From the IMG/VR virus record IMGVR_UViG_3300031760_000010, positions 58,560-122,559 of that record: 64,000 bases of DNA; one strand, given 5' to 3'. The position numbers were made by a program, and so were the translations under genes. Each line of letters opens with the position of its first letter. Positions within the stretch are counted from its first letter, which is position 1. The DNA is from a virus (Duplodnaviria > Caudoviricetes). This document shows, piece by piece, positions 37,818-48,813 of this stretch. A model generated the notes under the pieces. It was given only the letters and a program-made list of their open reading frames with translations. It did not search any database and had not been told where the DNA came from.

Positions 37818-38779
37818 AGATAGCTGAATATGACAACGGTAATGTACATGTGACACGTTTTGATGACGGTACTGTAATTCGATGCTCTGTTGATGATGAA
37901 TTTGATTTCGCTTTTCCAGAAAATATGGATATTAAATTAACTAATTGTTGTACAGGCACCAACTGTGCCTGGTGTCATGAGGGATCTGGGCCTAATGGGC
38001 AGCATGGCGATATTATGACGGCAGAATGGGTAGACAGTTTGCATTCATTCACGGAATGCGCACTAGGCGGCGGTAATGTATTGGAGCATCCTGATTTAAT
38101 CCCTTTTCTGTATAAATTAAAAAAACATCAAGTGTTTGCGAACATTACGGTCAATCAGATTCATTTTATGCAAAACCTGGCATTGCTTCGTGAACTAAGT
38201 GAGAAACAGTTAATTAGAGGAGTTGGTGTCTCGTTCCATCATTATGATAATGAGTTTTTAACGACAGTTGAACAATTTCCTAATGCAGTACTGCATGTGA
38301 TTGCGGGTGTGTTATCCGATGTAGATTTATGTCGTATTATGACGCATCATGATTTAAAGATACTAATCTTAGGCTACAAACGACTTCGAAGAGGCGAAGT
38401 ATATTATCAAAAAGATATTGATGAATTGCTTGTAAATCATGGATTAAGTCAGACAATCGACTGGCGTACTTCAATGATTGAAAGAATGTTACCATTGATG
38501 CTTGAAGCATTTAAAGTAGTGTCTTTTGATTGTTTGGCAATCGAACAGCTTCATATACAGAAGCATCTTCCGACGCAAGTTTGGAATACTTTTTATCAGG
38601 GCGATGATGGCACTATGACTTTTTATATTGACATGGTGAATAAACAGTTTGCTGCAAGCAGTACTGCTCCATTGGAACAACGTATGGATATAGGTTCCTT
38701 AACTGTTGATCAAATGTTTCAAACGATTCGTAACAACAAAAGTAATAGTGGTAAACAATTGGAGGAGACTAATGTTTGA
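37808..38779 (+). CDS. radical SAM protein
   Basis: PENMDIKLTNCCTGTNCAWCHE (Cx4Cx2C variant); ALGGG; NITVN. Confidence 0.8.
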   Translation: MRMKIAEYDNGNVHVTRFDDGTVIRCSVDDEFDFAFPENMDIKLTNCCTGTNCAWCHEGSGPNGQHGDIMTAEWVDSLHSFTECALGGGNVLEHPDLIPFLYKLKKHQVFANITVNQIHFMQNLALLRELSEKQLIRGVGVSFHHYDNEFLTTVEQFPNAVLHVIAGVLSDVDLCRIMTHHDLKILILGYKRLRRGEVYYQKDIDELLVNHGLSQTIDWRTSMIERMLPLMLEAFKVVSFDCLAIEQLHIQKHLPTQVWNTFYQGDDGTMTFYIDMVNKQFAASSTAPLEQRMDIGSLTVDQMFQTIRNNKSNSGKQLEETNV

Positions 38780-39134
38780 TTCAAAGGTTACTACAAATAA
38801 ACATGGAGTGAATGTCAAAATTCACTCCAATATTTTATCTGACGATGAGATGTCGGCTGCCGGTTTCCATCATCATTCCAATGATGCCTGGTATTTCAGT
38901 AAAATGATTGGACCGAATCTTACTTTTAATGTCACAATCAAAGATGATAATTCAGATTTTATGATTGACGTTTTGGATGATGATTATTTAGAGATTTATG
39001 ATTATCAAGAAATGCTACGTTATAATCCGAATCATAAAACCGCTAATAAGGTACTGAAAGCCGTTGAAAAATGGATGGCTTATTTGCAGGACGCGGGTAT
39101 TTTAAGTGGTCATAATGTTGGAGAGTATATTTAA
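38772..39134 (+). CDS. hypothetical protein
   Basis: GGAGGAG RBS before ATG 38772. Confidence 0.55.
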   Translation: MFDSKVTTNKHGVNVKIHSNILSDDEMSAAGFHHHSNDAWYFSKMIGPNLTFNVTIKDDNSDFMIDVLDDDYLEIYDYQEMLRYNPNHKTANKVLKAVEKWMAYLQDAGILSGHNVGEYI

Positions 39135-39143
39135 GAGGTACAA

Positions 39144-41640
39144 ATGAGTTATTTTGGAATCCACAATCATACAGATGTTGGTAGTAACTCACGTTTAAGA
39201 GATTCTACAAACAAAGTCAATGATTTGATCCAATATGTCCATGATATTGGAATGAAAGGGTTGGCTATAACTGATCATGAGTCTATTGCCGCTCATCTAA
39301 AAGCGCTAAGTTATTATGAGTGTCATAAGGATGAGGATGATTGGAAAGATTTTAAATTGGCATTGGGTAATGAGATTTATTTGTGTCCTGGTAGTGTGAC
39401 ATCCGAAAACATTGCTAGTAATGTTTATCCGCATTTTATTCTGATTGCTTTAGACGCGATTGGACATAAAGGACTGCGAGAACTAAGCACTAAGGCGTGG
39501 GTTAATAATTCATTTATGTCTGTAATGTATAGAGTACCAACCTATTACTCTGACTTACAAGATATGATAGCCCAATATAAAGGACATATTATTGGCTCTT
39601 CTGCCTGCCTGGGCGGTAGTTTACCGCGACGGTTGCTACAGTTCAGAGATAATGCATTTGATTTAAGCATCTGGGAGTCATGCCTACAATGGGCCGAAAG
39701 TATGGATGAATTATTTGGTCATGGTTTTTTCTTCTTAGAGATGCAACCGTCTGAATCAGAGGACCAAATATTTGTAAACAAGCAGCTATTAAGGATATTT
39801 CAAATTACCAAGATCCCATATGTTATCAGTACTGATGCTCATTATCTTCGTAAAGAAGATCGAGAAGTACATAAAGCTTTTCTTAATTCTCAAGAGGGAG
39901 ACCGTGAGGTAGATGAGTTTTATGCCAGTACTTATGTCATGACGCCTGAAGAGATACATTGTTATATGGATCGTTACTTGGGCGAGGAAGCGGTGCGACA
40001 GGGATTAGATAATACTAATTTAATTTATGAGAAGATTGAATATTATCCGTTGACTAAAGAACTTGAAATCCCTTATTTGCCATTAGATTTAACCGAACCG
40101 TCAGAGCTTTTGTACGCGAAATATAGTAACCATATTCCATTGTTTCGAGATTTATGGGAGTCAGATTTTGATGGTGATCGTCATATGTTGCGAGAACTTT
40201 TGATAGCCATTGACAATCATCCAAATTATCAAACAGAGTTAGGGTATAGTAAAGTTAATGAATGCATAGATTATTTGCTTAAATCTTCGGAAGTCAATCA
40301 TGTACACTGGTCTTCTTATTTAATGCAGATGAAAGATTATATTGGTATAGCATGGGAAACAAACAGTTTGGTTGGTCCAGGCAGAGGATCTGGAGTCGGC
40401 TTCTGTCTACTATATCTGTTAGGAATTACTCAGATAGATCCATTAAGAGAAGAAACTCAGACATTTCCATGGCGCTTTCTCAACCCTTACCGTCAAAGCG
40501 TCCTTGATATTGACACGGATGTAGAGGGTTGCAAACGTGATGCAATTATTCAGGCATTAAAAGATACTTATGGGGCAGATCGTGTATCTAAAGTACTAAC
40601 TCTTCAAACTGAACAAAGCCGTAGTGCTATTCTGACCGCTGCCAGGGGGCTTGGTATTGATAATGATACGGCTTCTTATATTGCTTCATTAGTAGTGTTC
40701 GATAGAGGAATTGCAAGGTCATTATCTACTATGTACTATGGCAACGATGAAATAAAGCCGTCTGCAGAATTCGTTAGAGAGATGAATGCTCATTCACAGT
40801 TATGGGAGACGGCACAAAAAATCGAGGGCCTGGTTTGTGGCTGTGGGCAACATGCAGGCGGTGTTATCATTTGTGATAAGCCACTGACTGAGTCCACAGC
40901 ATTGATGCGAACTAAATCTGGGGATGTAGTTACACAGTTTGATCTCCACCAATTGGAGGCTGTGTCGCTCATTAAGATAGATCTCCTAGCTATTGATGCT
41001 CTGGAAAAAATGCATGCAGAGTTAGATCTTCTTCTCAAATATAATGAGATCGAATGGCAAGGCTCTTTACGAGACACCTATGAAAAATATATTGGTGTGT
41101 ACACTTTGGAACGTCATGCAGAGGATATGTGGAAAATGCTATGGGATCATAAAGTGCTCTCATTCTTTCAGATGGAAAAAGAATCTGGAAAGAAAGCCAT
41201 TGCTTTAGCTAAGCCACATTCTGTAGATGATCTTGCTACTCTCAACTCTGTTATCAGACTCATGGCCCAGGAAAAAGGTGCAGAGCAGCCTCTGCAAAAG
41301 TTCGCTCGTTTTAAGAATAATATTACTGAATGGTATAAAGAGATGGATGAATATGGGCTGACACAGGAAGAGCAAGATATTTTGAAAGGCATTCTTGGCA
41401 CTTCTTATGGGATTTGCGAGGCCCAGGAATATCTTGTACTATTGACAGGCCACCCGAAAATTGGTGGTTTTGATTTGATGTGGTCGGATAAATTGAGGAA
41501 AGCGGTAGCAAAGAAACAGGCTAGAGATTTTGACACATTGGAGAGAGAGTTCTTCCAGAACGCGGAAGGAAAGCATTTAAGTAAGAATCTGACTAATTAC
41601 GTATGGAATGTGTTGATAATGACACAAAGGGGTTATGGAT
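39144..41640 (+). CDS. dnaE: DNA polymerase III alpha, exon 1
   Basis: PHP HNHT/TDHE; GRGS; LDIDTD; ends ..RGYG-T at the splice site. Confidence 0.92.
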
Positions 41641-42886
41641 CAATAATTTAGGTCCCTTTATATAGTGATATATATCGAAAACGGGGTTAACTGCTGGAAA
41701 CCTAAGTTATGAAAAATAATATGGCAATCAGCAACCAAGCTCTTTCACCAAGAGAAGGCTCAACGACTATTCAGAATGAAGTAGGCTTTTTTAAAGTCGA
41801 AATGCCCCGCATCACTAATCTGCAAATAAAAGACATAAGGCGATGATGTAATATGAGACAACAGAAACATAAAAATTTTTCTGATGAAAACATTGAAAAA
41901 ATAAAACAATTATACATCGATGGGTATAGTATCCAATATATTGCGAAGCATTGCTTTCATTGTCGTTCATCAAATATATCGAGTATAATCAAAGATAATA
42001 ATTTAGATAAACTATATCCGCATATTGGGAAAGCTAGAAAGTTAAATTTAGAAGAGCAAAAGCTTTTGTGTGAAATGTATCAAACAGAATTATATACGCA
42101 ACAATTTTTGGCACAGTATTTTAATTGTTGCAGCCAGGTAGTTTCTCAGACATTACGAGAATACAATATACCAACAATTCAACATAGAAACCATGTTACT
42201 GACAAACAATTAGATGAAAATTATTTTTCGGTAATTGATACAGAAGCAAAAAGCTACTTTTTAGGGTTCATTATGGCAGATGGCAATGTTTATAAGAACC
42301 AATTAAGTATTGAAATTCATTTAAAAGATTATAATCTGTTAGATGCTTTAAAAAAAGAATTAAATACTTCTAATGCAATTACATATAGAAAAAGAAAGAA
42401 CACCGAAGTTGTTTGTTTGAGAATCATATCTAAGAAAATTATAGAAGATTTAGCTAAATATGGAATAGTTGAAGATAAAACACATAATCAAAAGCATCTT
42501 TGCCCCGTTCCAGATCATTTATTAAGACACTTTTTAAGAGGCTTATTAGATGGAGATGGATGGATCACACAAGATAAAAGCGGATATTATCATTTGGGAT
42601 TCGTAAATCATAATAAAGTGATATGTGAAGAATTTAAAGAAAAATGCAATTCTTTAATTGAGGACCAGAACTATAGCAAGGTGACTCATAAAGATAATAA
42701 ATCAAATTGTTATGTCGTACAATTTCAAAATCAAACACAAGTAAAGCAATTGGTGACTGCTTTATATAAGGATAGCAACTACTATCTTACTCGAAAATAT
42801 ATCATTGCAGAGGGTATATTTGAGTTAAAAAGTGATGAAGATATAGTCTAATACAGTATCCAGTATAGAAATATACACCTGTATTG
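41641..42886 (+). mobile_element. group I intron in dnaE
   Basis: P1 ggat/ggtcc with U.G; aactgctggaaac/aatcagcaac; caacgacta/gatatagtc; terminal G; splicing restores YGFNKSH. Confidence 0.92.
41853..42851 (+). CDS. intron-encoded LAGLIDADG homing endonuclease
   Basis: YFLGFIMADG and FLRGLLDGDG motifs; N-terminal HTH repeats. Confidence 0.88.
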   Translation: MRQQKHKNFSDENIEKIKQLYIDGYSIQYIAKHCFHCRSSNISSIIKDNNLDKLYPHIGKARKLNLEEQKLLCEMYQTELYTQQFLAQYFNCCSQVVSQTLREYNIPTIQHRNHVTDKQLDENYFSVIDTEAKSYFLGFIMADGNVYKNQLSIEIHLKDYNLLDALKKELNTSNAITYRKRKNTEVVCLRIISKKIIEDLAKYGIVEDKTHNQKHLCPVPDHLLRHFLRGLLDGDGWITQDKSGYYHLGFVNHNKVICEEFKEKCNSLIEDQNYSKVTHKDNKSNCYVVQFQNQTQVKQLVTALYKDSNYYLTRKYIIAEGIFELKSDEDIV

Positions 42887-44304
42887 TTAATAAATCCCAT
42901 ACACTTGCCTACTCAATAGTAGGTTTACAAGAACTTAATCTGGCTTATAAGTATAATATCCTATATTGGAATACAGCTAATCTTATTGTTGATTCTGGGT
43001 CTTATGATACTGAATCTAATGACTCTACCAATTATGGTAAAATGGGATCAGCAATTGCCAATATAAAGAAAGAGGGAGTTAATATTGCATTTCCTCTTAT
43101 TGAATCAGCTGGATTTGGATTTGAACCAGATTTAAGTAATAATCAAATTGTATTTGGCCTTAAAGGCATCAATGGTATCAATACCGATTTGGCCCAGATT
43201 ATCATTAATAACCGTCCGTATACAGATATAAACGATTTTGCTGTTAAGTTATTGGATACCAAAATTGTTAAAAAAACGCAGATGGTAAAATTAATTAAAG
43301 CGGGTTGCTTTACTCAGTTGCATTCTCGTGATCGTAACCAAACAATGAAATGGTTTTTGGATCATTATGTGATTGAATATGTTGATAAGCTAACCTTAGC
43401 TCAATTAAACAGGATGAAGGAGTGGAAGATCATCCCCGATAATTATCGCAAATCGGTACAGATGATTTCATTAAAATCATATATTTTGTCGGATGAGGGC
43501 TTATATAAAATATATAACGACCCGAATAAAAAGCCTCTAAAACGTGGATATCATGATCGTTATTATATTCTGGATGATGCGTCACAAAAATATTTTTATG
43601 ATTTCTTTTCGGACGACTGTGTAGTTGAAGTTGTTAATAGTCACTATGTTGTTTCTGAAAAGAAAATCGTTAAAGAAGCGGAATCATATTTACAGCCGTT
43701 ACGTGAATGGTTCACAAGTAAAGAAGCAATTGACAAATATAATTGGGCGTTAGAATTAGACGCATGGGAGAAATATGCATTAGGAAACACCGCTAAATGG
43801 TCTATGGAAGCGTTATGCTATTATGACCAAGTACATGAATTAGAGTATGTTGATGAGATGCAATATGGCATTGTTAATTTTTTCCAACAGCCAGAAACGC
43901 CAGCGGTTTATGATTGGTATTCGCGAAAAGTGGGCGGTGAGTGGAAACAAATGCCAAAGTATAAAATTGTACGTATTGCGGGAACAGTTTTACATGCTGA
44001 TAATAATCATCATACGGTCACACTGCTTACAAAATATGGTCCAGTATTGGTTAAGATGAATAAAGGGCATTATGCTTTTTATAGCAAGCGTATTTCACAG
44101 GTTATGGATAGTGGGAAGAAAGAAAAAATTGAAGATTCATGGCTTACTCGTGGTAACTTGTTACTAATTTCTGGTATCCGCAGAGAAGACCAATTTTGGC
44201 CTATGGTGTATAATGATACCATTTATAAACATACAGTAAATTTAATTACAAATGTTTATAACGATGGGACGCTGCAATTACAAACAGAGCGCATTCGTGT
44301 ATAA
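42887..44304 (+). CDS. dnaE: DNA polymerase III alpha, exon 2
   Basis: FNKSHTLAYS..; FGLKGINGI; in frame with ORF 43042-44304. Confidence 0.9.
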
Positions 44305-44316
44305 ATAGAGGAGAAC

Positions 44317-46578
44317 ATGGATAAGATAGAAATTTTATGTGCAATTGAGAATATCCGTTATTATAAGGACGGATGGGGGATTATTGAGGTATCCGTAGAA
44401 AGTACTATTAGTGGTTCTCCAATTGTTGATCGTTATGGGAGTTTAATATTAAAAGGTAATATGCCTAAAATTGAAAAAGGGTCTGAATCTATTTATCATG
44501 TTGTCGCGACATATGTTCATGATCCCAAATGGGGAGATCAATATGAAATACAGCGAATGTATTCAGAAGTAGTATTCGATGATGACGACGTGGGAGCGCA
44601 GAAACGGTTTTTAGCTGCTCTTTTCACGCCCCGACAGATAAATCTGTTATACGAAAACCTACAAGACCCTTATCATACAATTAAAGAAGCCGATGCGGCT
44701 GCCCTAGTGCAGATCAAAGGCATTGGAATGTACACTGCGATGGAGATGATTAATAAGTTTAAGGTTAATATCTCTTTGGGTCGTATTTTTACAGAACTGT
44801 CAGAATACAATTTAACCAACCGTATGGTAGAACGACTGATGTCCAGATACGGCTCTCCAGACATAATCATTGAAAAAGTAAAAGAAGATCCTTATGTATT
44901 GGCAGATGAAGTAGATGGAGTAGGTTGGGTTACGGCAGATAAGATTGCACAAGATGGTGGAATTACTGAATATGATCCACGTCGTATAGCCGCGTACATT
45001 CGTAAGTATCTGCATGACGTTGCTGAAAGCGGGCAGTCCTGGGTTACTACAGACGAGCTACTTGGGGCTATATTGGATGCTCTGGGAGATGATACACCAG
45101 ACCAAAATATAACTGAAGCCATACAAAGAATAAAAGATTATTTGTGGTATAATGACGATCATAGTAGAATTGGTCTGAAATATTATAGACAGATAGAGGA
45201 AAAAATTGGAGAAGAATTATTAAGACTTAGAGACGCTCAGTCTGTTATTAATGAATCTGAATGGGAGAATTGGCAATCCGATCTGCGAGAGTTAGAAACC
45301 AAACAAGGCTGGGAGTTCACACAAGAACAACGTAACGGTATTTATTTGGCATTAAGTCAAAATGTAGTTGTTATTACTGGTATGGCCGGTACTGGTAAAT
45401 CTTCACTAGTTACAGGAATTCTTGCCGTATTAAAGGATTACGATTATGTCCAGTGTGCCCTGTCAGGAAGAGCTGCGTCTCGTTTGTCTGAAATTACTGG
45501 ACGAGAGGGATATACCATTCATCGGTTGCTAGGATATCCTAGTTTTAGTTCATTGGCTAAACAGGGCTTTACGTATCATGATGATAATCCATTAACCAGT
45601 GATATATATATCTTAGATGAGATTTCTATGGTAAACTCTTCGTTATTTTATTATCTGCTTCGAGCGATTCCCAGTGGTTCAAAGTTGATTTGTCTTGGTG
45701 ATCACGGACAATTGGAATCTATTGGTGCGGGTAATATCGCTCATGATATGATTGAAAGTGATGAAATTGCTACAGTAAAGCTAACTCAAATTCATAGACA
45801 AGCTGCGGAATCGGGTATTATTTCTGAGGCTTTTCGAGTACGGCAAGGTTACCAAATTGTGGAAAAAGAGTGGGCTGGTAAAGAAGTACGCGGAGCACTA
45901 AAAGATTTGACCATTACTGGCTTTTCAGATGCAAGTAATACATTTTATAATATTATGGCAGCTTATTCTGCCGCAATGTCAAAAGATAATTTTAGTATTA
46001 TGGATACTCAAATATTAGTGCCAGTTAAAAACAGAGGGGCTGCTTGTACATATGAGATCAATAATGCTATACAGGAATTAGTTAATCCAGCCGATCGCAG
46101 AAAGAACGAGGTCACGGTATTTTCTAGTGGTAAAACTTATATCCTACGTGAGGGGGATAAAATAATCAACACTTTTAATAATTACAAACTGTCTCCTGTT
46201 ATTTATAATGGTAATATAGGACAAATTCGGTCTATTAGTGAAGTGGATGAAGAAATCGTTGCTGATTTCATTGGCATTGGAGAGGTTACTATTCCTAAAG
46301 AATTTTGGCATGGACTTGAATTAGGCTATTGTAGTACTATTCATAAATTTCAGGGATCTGAAACAGATCATGTAATTATCGGTATTGATTTTACAGGCTA
46401 TTCGTTATTGACCCGTGAACTAGTATATACCGCCTTGACTCGTGCCAAAAAGACATGCGAATTGATTGTACAGACTGGTGCATTACGATATGCTACCGCT
46501 AATGAAGGCGTTAGTAAGAAACAAACTCATCTAAAAGAGGTACTGTATGATCTCGCTCATCCGAAACTGATATTTTAA
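44317..46578 (+). CDS. recD2: RecD2-like SF1B helicase
   Basis: GMAGTGKS, DEISMV, GDHGQL, TIHKFQGSE and YTALTRA. Confidence 0.9.
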   Translation: MDKIEILCAIENIRYYKDGWGIIEVSVESTISGSPIVDRYGSLILKGNMPKIEKGSESIYHVVATYVHDPKWGDQYEIQRMYSEVVFDDDDVGAQKRFLAALFTPRQINLLYENLQDPYHTIKEADAAALVQIKGIGMYTAMEMINKFKVNISLGRIFTELSEYNLTNRMVERLMSRYGSPDIIIEKVKEDPYVLADEVDGVGWVTADKIAQDGGITEYDPRRIAAYIRKYLHDVAESGQSWVTTDELLGAILDALGDDTPDQNITEAIQRIKDYLWYNDDHSRIGLKYYRQIEEKIGEELLRLRDAQSVINESEWENWQSDLRELETKQGWEFTQEQRNGIYLALSQNVVVITGMAGTGKSSLVTGILAVLKDYDYVQCALSGRAASRLSEITGREGYTIHRLLGYPSFSSLAKQGFTYHDDNPLTSDIYILDEISMVNSSLFYYLLRAIPSGSKLICLGDHGQLESIGAGNIAHDMIESDEIATVKLTQIHRQAAESGIISEAFRVRQGYQIVEKEWAGKEVRGALKDLTITGFSDASNTFYNIMAAYSAAMSKDNFSIMDTQILVPVKNRGAACTYEINNAIQELVNPADRRKNEVTVFSSGKTYILREGDKIINTFNNYKLSPVIYNGNIGQIRSISEVDEEIVADFIGIGEVTIPKEFWHGLELGYCSTIHKFQGSETDHVIIGIDFTGYSLLTRELVYTALTRAKKTCELIVQTGALRYATANEGVSKKQTHLKEVLYDLAHPKLIF

Positions 46579-46600
46579 TACATAATAAATTAACAGACGG

Positions 46601-46629
46601 TTGACAAACAACACAATATATGGTATCTT
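46601..46629 (+). promoter_or_regulatory. sigma-A promoter
   Basis: ttgaca-N17-tatctt with TG. Confidence 0.55.
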
Positions 46630-46646
46630 ATAGGAAGGAAGAACAC

Positions 46647-47183
46647 ATGAAGAAAATATGCTTAATGTTGATCATTTTCTGTATGCCTTGGATCGTTAAA
46701 GCTGATACACTTTATACTACTGCGAATGTAAATTTACGATCTGCTCCGATTATGGCTGATAACATTATTGAAGTCATTGATGTTAATACAGAGGTTAGCG
46801 CCAATACTGAACAAATTAATAACGGATTCTATTATGTTGAGATCAATGATCAGCATGGTTACATGAGCATAGATTATTTAGTTGCGGATCCTGTATATGA
46901 ATATTTGGGTACATATAAAGTAACTGGCTATAAGATGTTTGATCCGTCTGAGAATGGTGGGAGGTCTGACGGCTTGACTGCTAGTAGCGTTATTGGAGAG
47001 CCTGGACATACTGTGGCAATGAAAGATATTGATTTTGGTACTGAAATATATATTAAAGGGTTAGGTACTTATGTAGTAGAAGATCGTGGAGTTGGTCCTG
47101 GCGTGGTTGATGTTGCGTGTTGGACCAGAGATGAGTGTTATGCTCTGACTGGAGAATATGAAGTATATATTAAAAAGGAGTAG
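46647..47183 (+). CDS. secreted SH3b + 3D-domain cell-wall protein
   Basis: Signal peptide; VNLRSAP SH3b; TAS..VEDRG..VDV 3D motif. Confidence 0.75.
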   Translation: MKKICLMLIIFCMPWIVKADTLYTTANVNLRSAPIMADNIIEVIDVNTEVSANTEQINNGFYYVEINDQHGYMSIDYLVADPVYEYLGTYKVTGYKMFDPSENGGRSDGLTASSVIGEPGHTVAMKDIDFGTEIYIKGLGTYVVEDRGVGPGVVDVACWTRDECYALTGEYEVYIKKE

Positions 47184-47185
47184 TT

Positions 47186-47470
47186 ATGTTAACATTTGAT
47201 GGAGAGTACTCTGTAATAGTACATTTTGAGTTAACTGAAGAGCAAGCTCTTGATGCGGGTGGCGTTGATTGGAGTAGGGCAAAAAATAGTATTAAAGAAT
47301 TACCTGACTGGTTACTTCAGGGTATTACAGATACCATTGATTTGAGAGACAATGATACGGTTACGGTAATCCCGGTAGAGGGGGTTGTTAAACAGGACGG
47401 TAAAGAAGTAGATATGGATGTCGTTCCTGATTACACACCAGCAGAGAATGAAGAAGATGAGGTTAATTAA
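47186..47470 (+). CDS. acidic hypothetical protein
   Basis: AAGGAG RBS. Confidence 0.55.
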   Translation: MLTFDGEYSVIVHFELTEEQALDAGGVDWSRAKNSIKELPDWLLQGITDTIDLRDNDTVTVIPVEGVVKQDGKEVDMDVVPDYTPAENEEDEVN

Positions 47471-48121
47471 ATGATTAAAGTAGAGAATATTGATGTATTC
47501 AATTTTGAAGGCGCTATCAGAGGGATGCGAAATCCTTTGAATTCGTGGGATAAGAGTGATAGTAGGCATGCAAATAGGTTAGACGTTCAAACTATACAAG
47601 ACATGAAAGAAGGAACATTCATTCTTGGAGAAAAAGATTTAGACCTTATGAGAAAACTTTATAAAGCCGGAAGTGAACACAGGAAGTATCTCCGGCAGAT
47701 CTTTGTCTCTATGGATATTACTGCACCGCTTTACTGGTGGAAGGAAATGGACCAATATCGCATCAATGTGACTACAAACTCATGTAGCACAATGCATAAG
47801 ATCGCAGCCAAGGAATTTACTTTGGATGATTTTAGCCATGAACATCTAATCAAAATCTGGAGAGAGACGCTTAAAGATTTTGTAATTCCGTCATTGAATA
47901 TGGCGAGAGAAGAGTATCTGGCTACAAAAAATAAAGAGATTTGGTGGCAGATGATCCAGCTACTTCCGTCTTCTTATAATCAGAGAAGAACCATTACTAT
48001 GAACTATGAAAATGTAATAAATATGATTAAACAGAGAACCGGGCATAAGTTAGATGAATGGAATAATTTTGTAAATATTTTGAAAACTCTACCCTATATT
48101 ACAGAAATTACAGGAGAATAA
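47471..48121 (+). CDS. ThyX-like (flavin-dependent thymidylate synthase fold) protein
   Basis: GMRNP..SD, EHRKYLR, NSCSTMH, LLPSSY and R..HKL.EW motifs. Confidence 0.6.
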   Translation: MIKVENIDVFNFEGAIRGMRNPLNSWDKSDSRHANRLDVQTIQDMKEGTFILGEKDLDLMRKLYKAGSEHRKYLRQIFVSMDITAPLYWWKEMDQYRINVTTNSCSTMHKIAAKEFTLDDFSHEHLIKIWRETLKDFVIPSLNMAREEYLATKNKEIWWQMIQLLPSSYNQRRTITMNYENVINMIKQRTGHKLDEWNNFVNILKTLPYITEITGE

Positions 48122-48206
48122 ATATGGAGACAGTAATATATATGATGTTATGTATTATATTTGGTCTATGCGGTTTTACTGTGGGGTATGTAGCGGGACA
48201 AGATGA

Positions 48207-48536
48207 TTGGAGGTTGAAGCCGTGAATAAAGATTTGCTTTTAAATAAAGTAGAACGTCACGAACAACTGTGTACTATGCTTCATGAAATATACGCAAAAA
48301 AGAATCACGATTATGGTGACTCTTTTGGCCAATCGTATAAAGAATGGGGCATCACCGCAGCCATGACTCGTATGAGTGATAAATGGAATCGGCTAAAAAC
48401 ATTATCTAAACTGCCTGAAGAGGAGCGTCAAGTAGCCGATGAAAAGATTACGGATTCTTTAATTGATTTAGCTAATTACGCGCTCATGACATACATGGAA
48501 GTGGTTGATGAAGAGAGGGAGAGAGCCAGTCAATAA
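48207..48536 (+). CDS. nucleotide-modification-associated domain (DUF1599-like)
   Basis: KNHDYGDSF..DKWNR..DSLIDLANY. Confidence 0.8.
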   Translation: MEVEAVNKDLLLNKVERHEQLCTMLHEIYAKKNHDYGDSFGQSYKEWGITAAMTRMSDKWNRLKTLSKLPEEERQVADEKITDSLIDLANYALMTYMEVVDEERERASQ

Positions 48537-48800
48537 CCCATGACTGAAGTCACAGGCTTGTAAAATAAGTCTGTTGTTGATTAGCCTTAGTGTCGTATGA
48601 CACTACGTTACTTGCAAATATATAGGTACCAGTGGATTTTATGCCTGGTCTGCTGCTCTACGGTATGTGATTAAAAGTTCTGATGGGTAGGAACGGTGTT
48701 GCGTACAGTTAAACTGCAGGATAACATTGGCGAAGGCGTCATGTACAGTTGGTGTTGGACTGGCTTATAGCAAAAACCAACACAAATATATGTAAAGAAG
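48529..48800 (+). ncRNA. omegaRNA (HEARO-like) scaffold
   Basis: Typical blocks gttgattagcct, ctacgtt, gctctacg, attaaaagttctga and aacattggcgaagg upstream of iscB. Confidence 0.82.
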
Positions 48801-48813
48801 GATGTCGTTTCGG

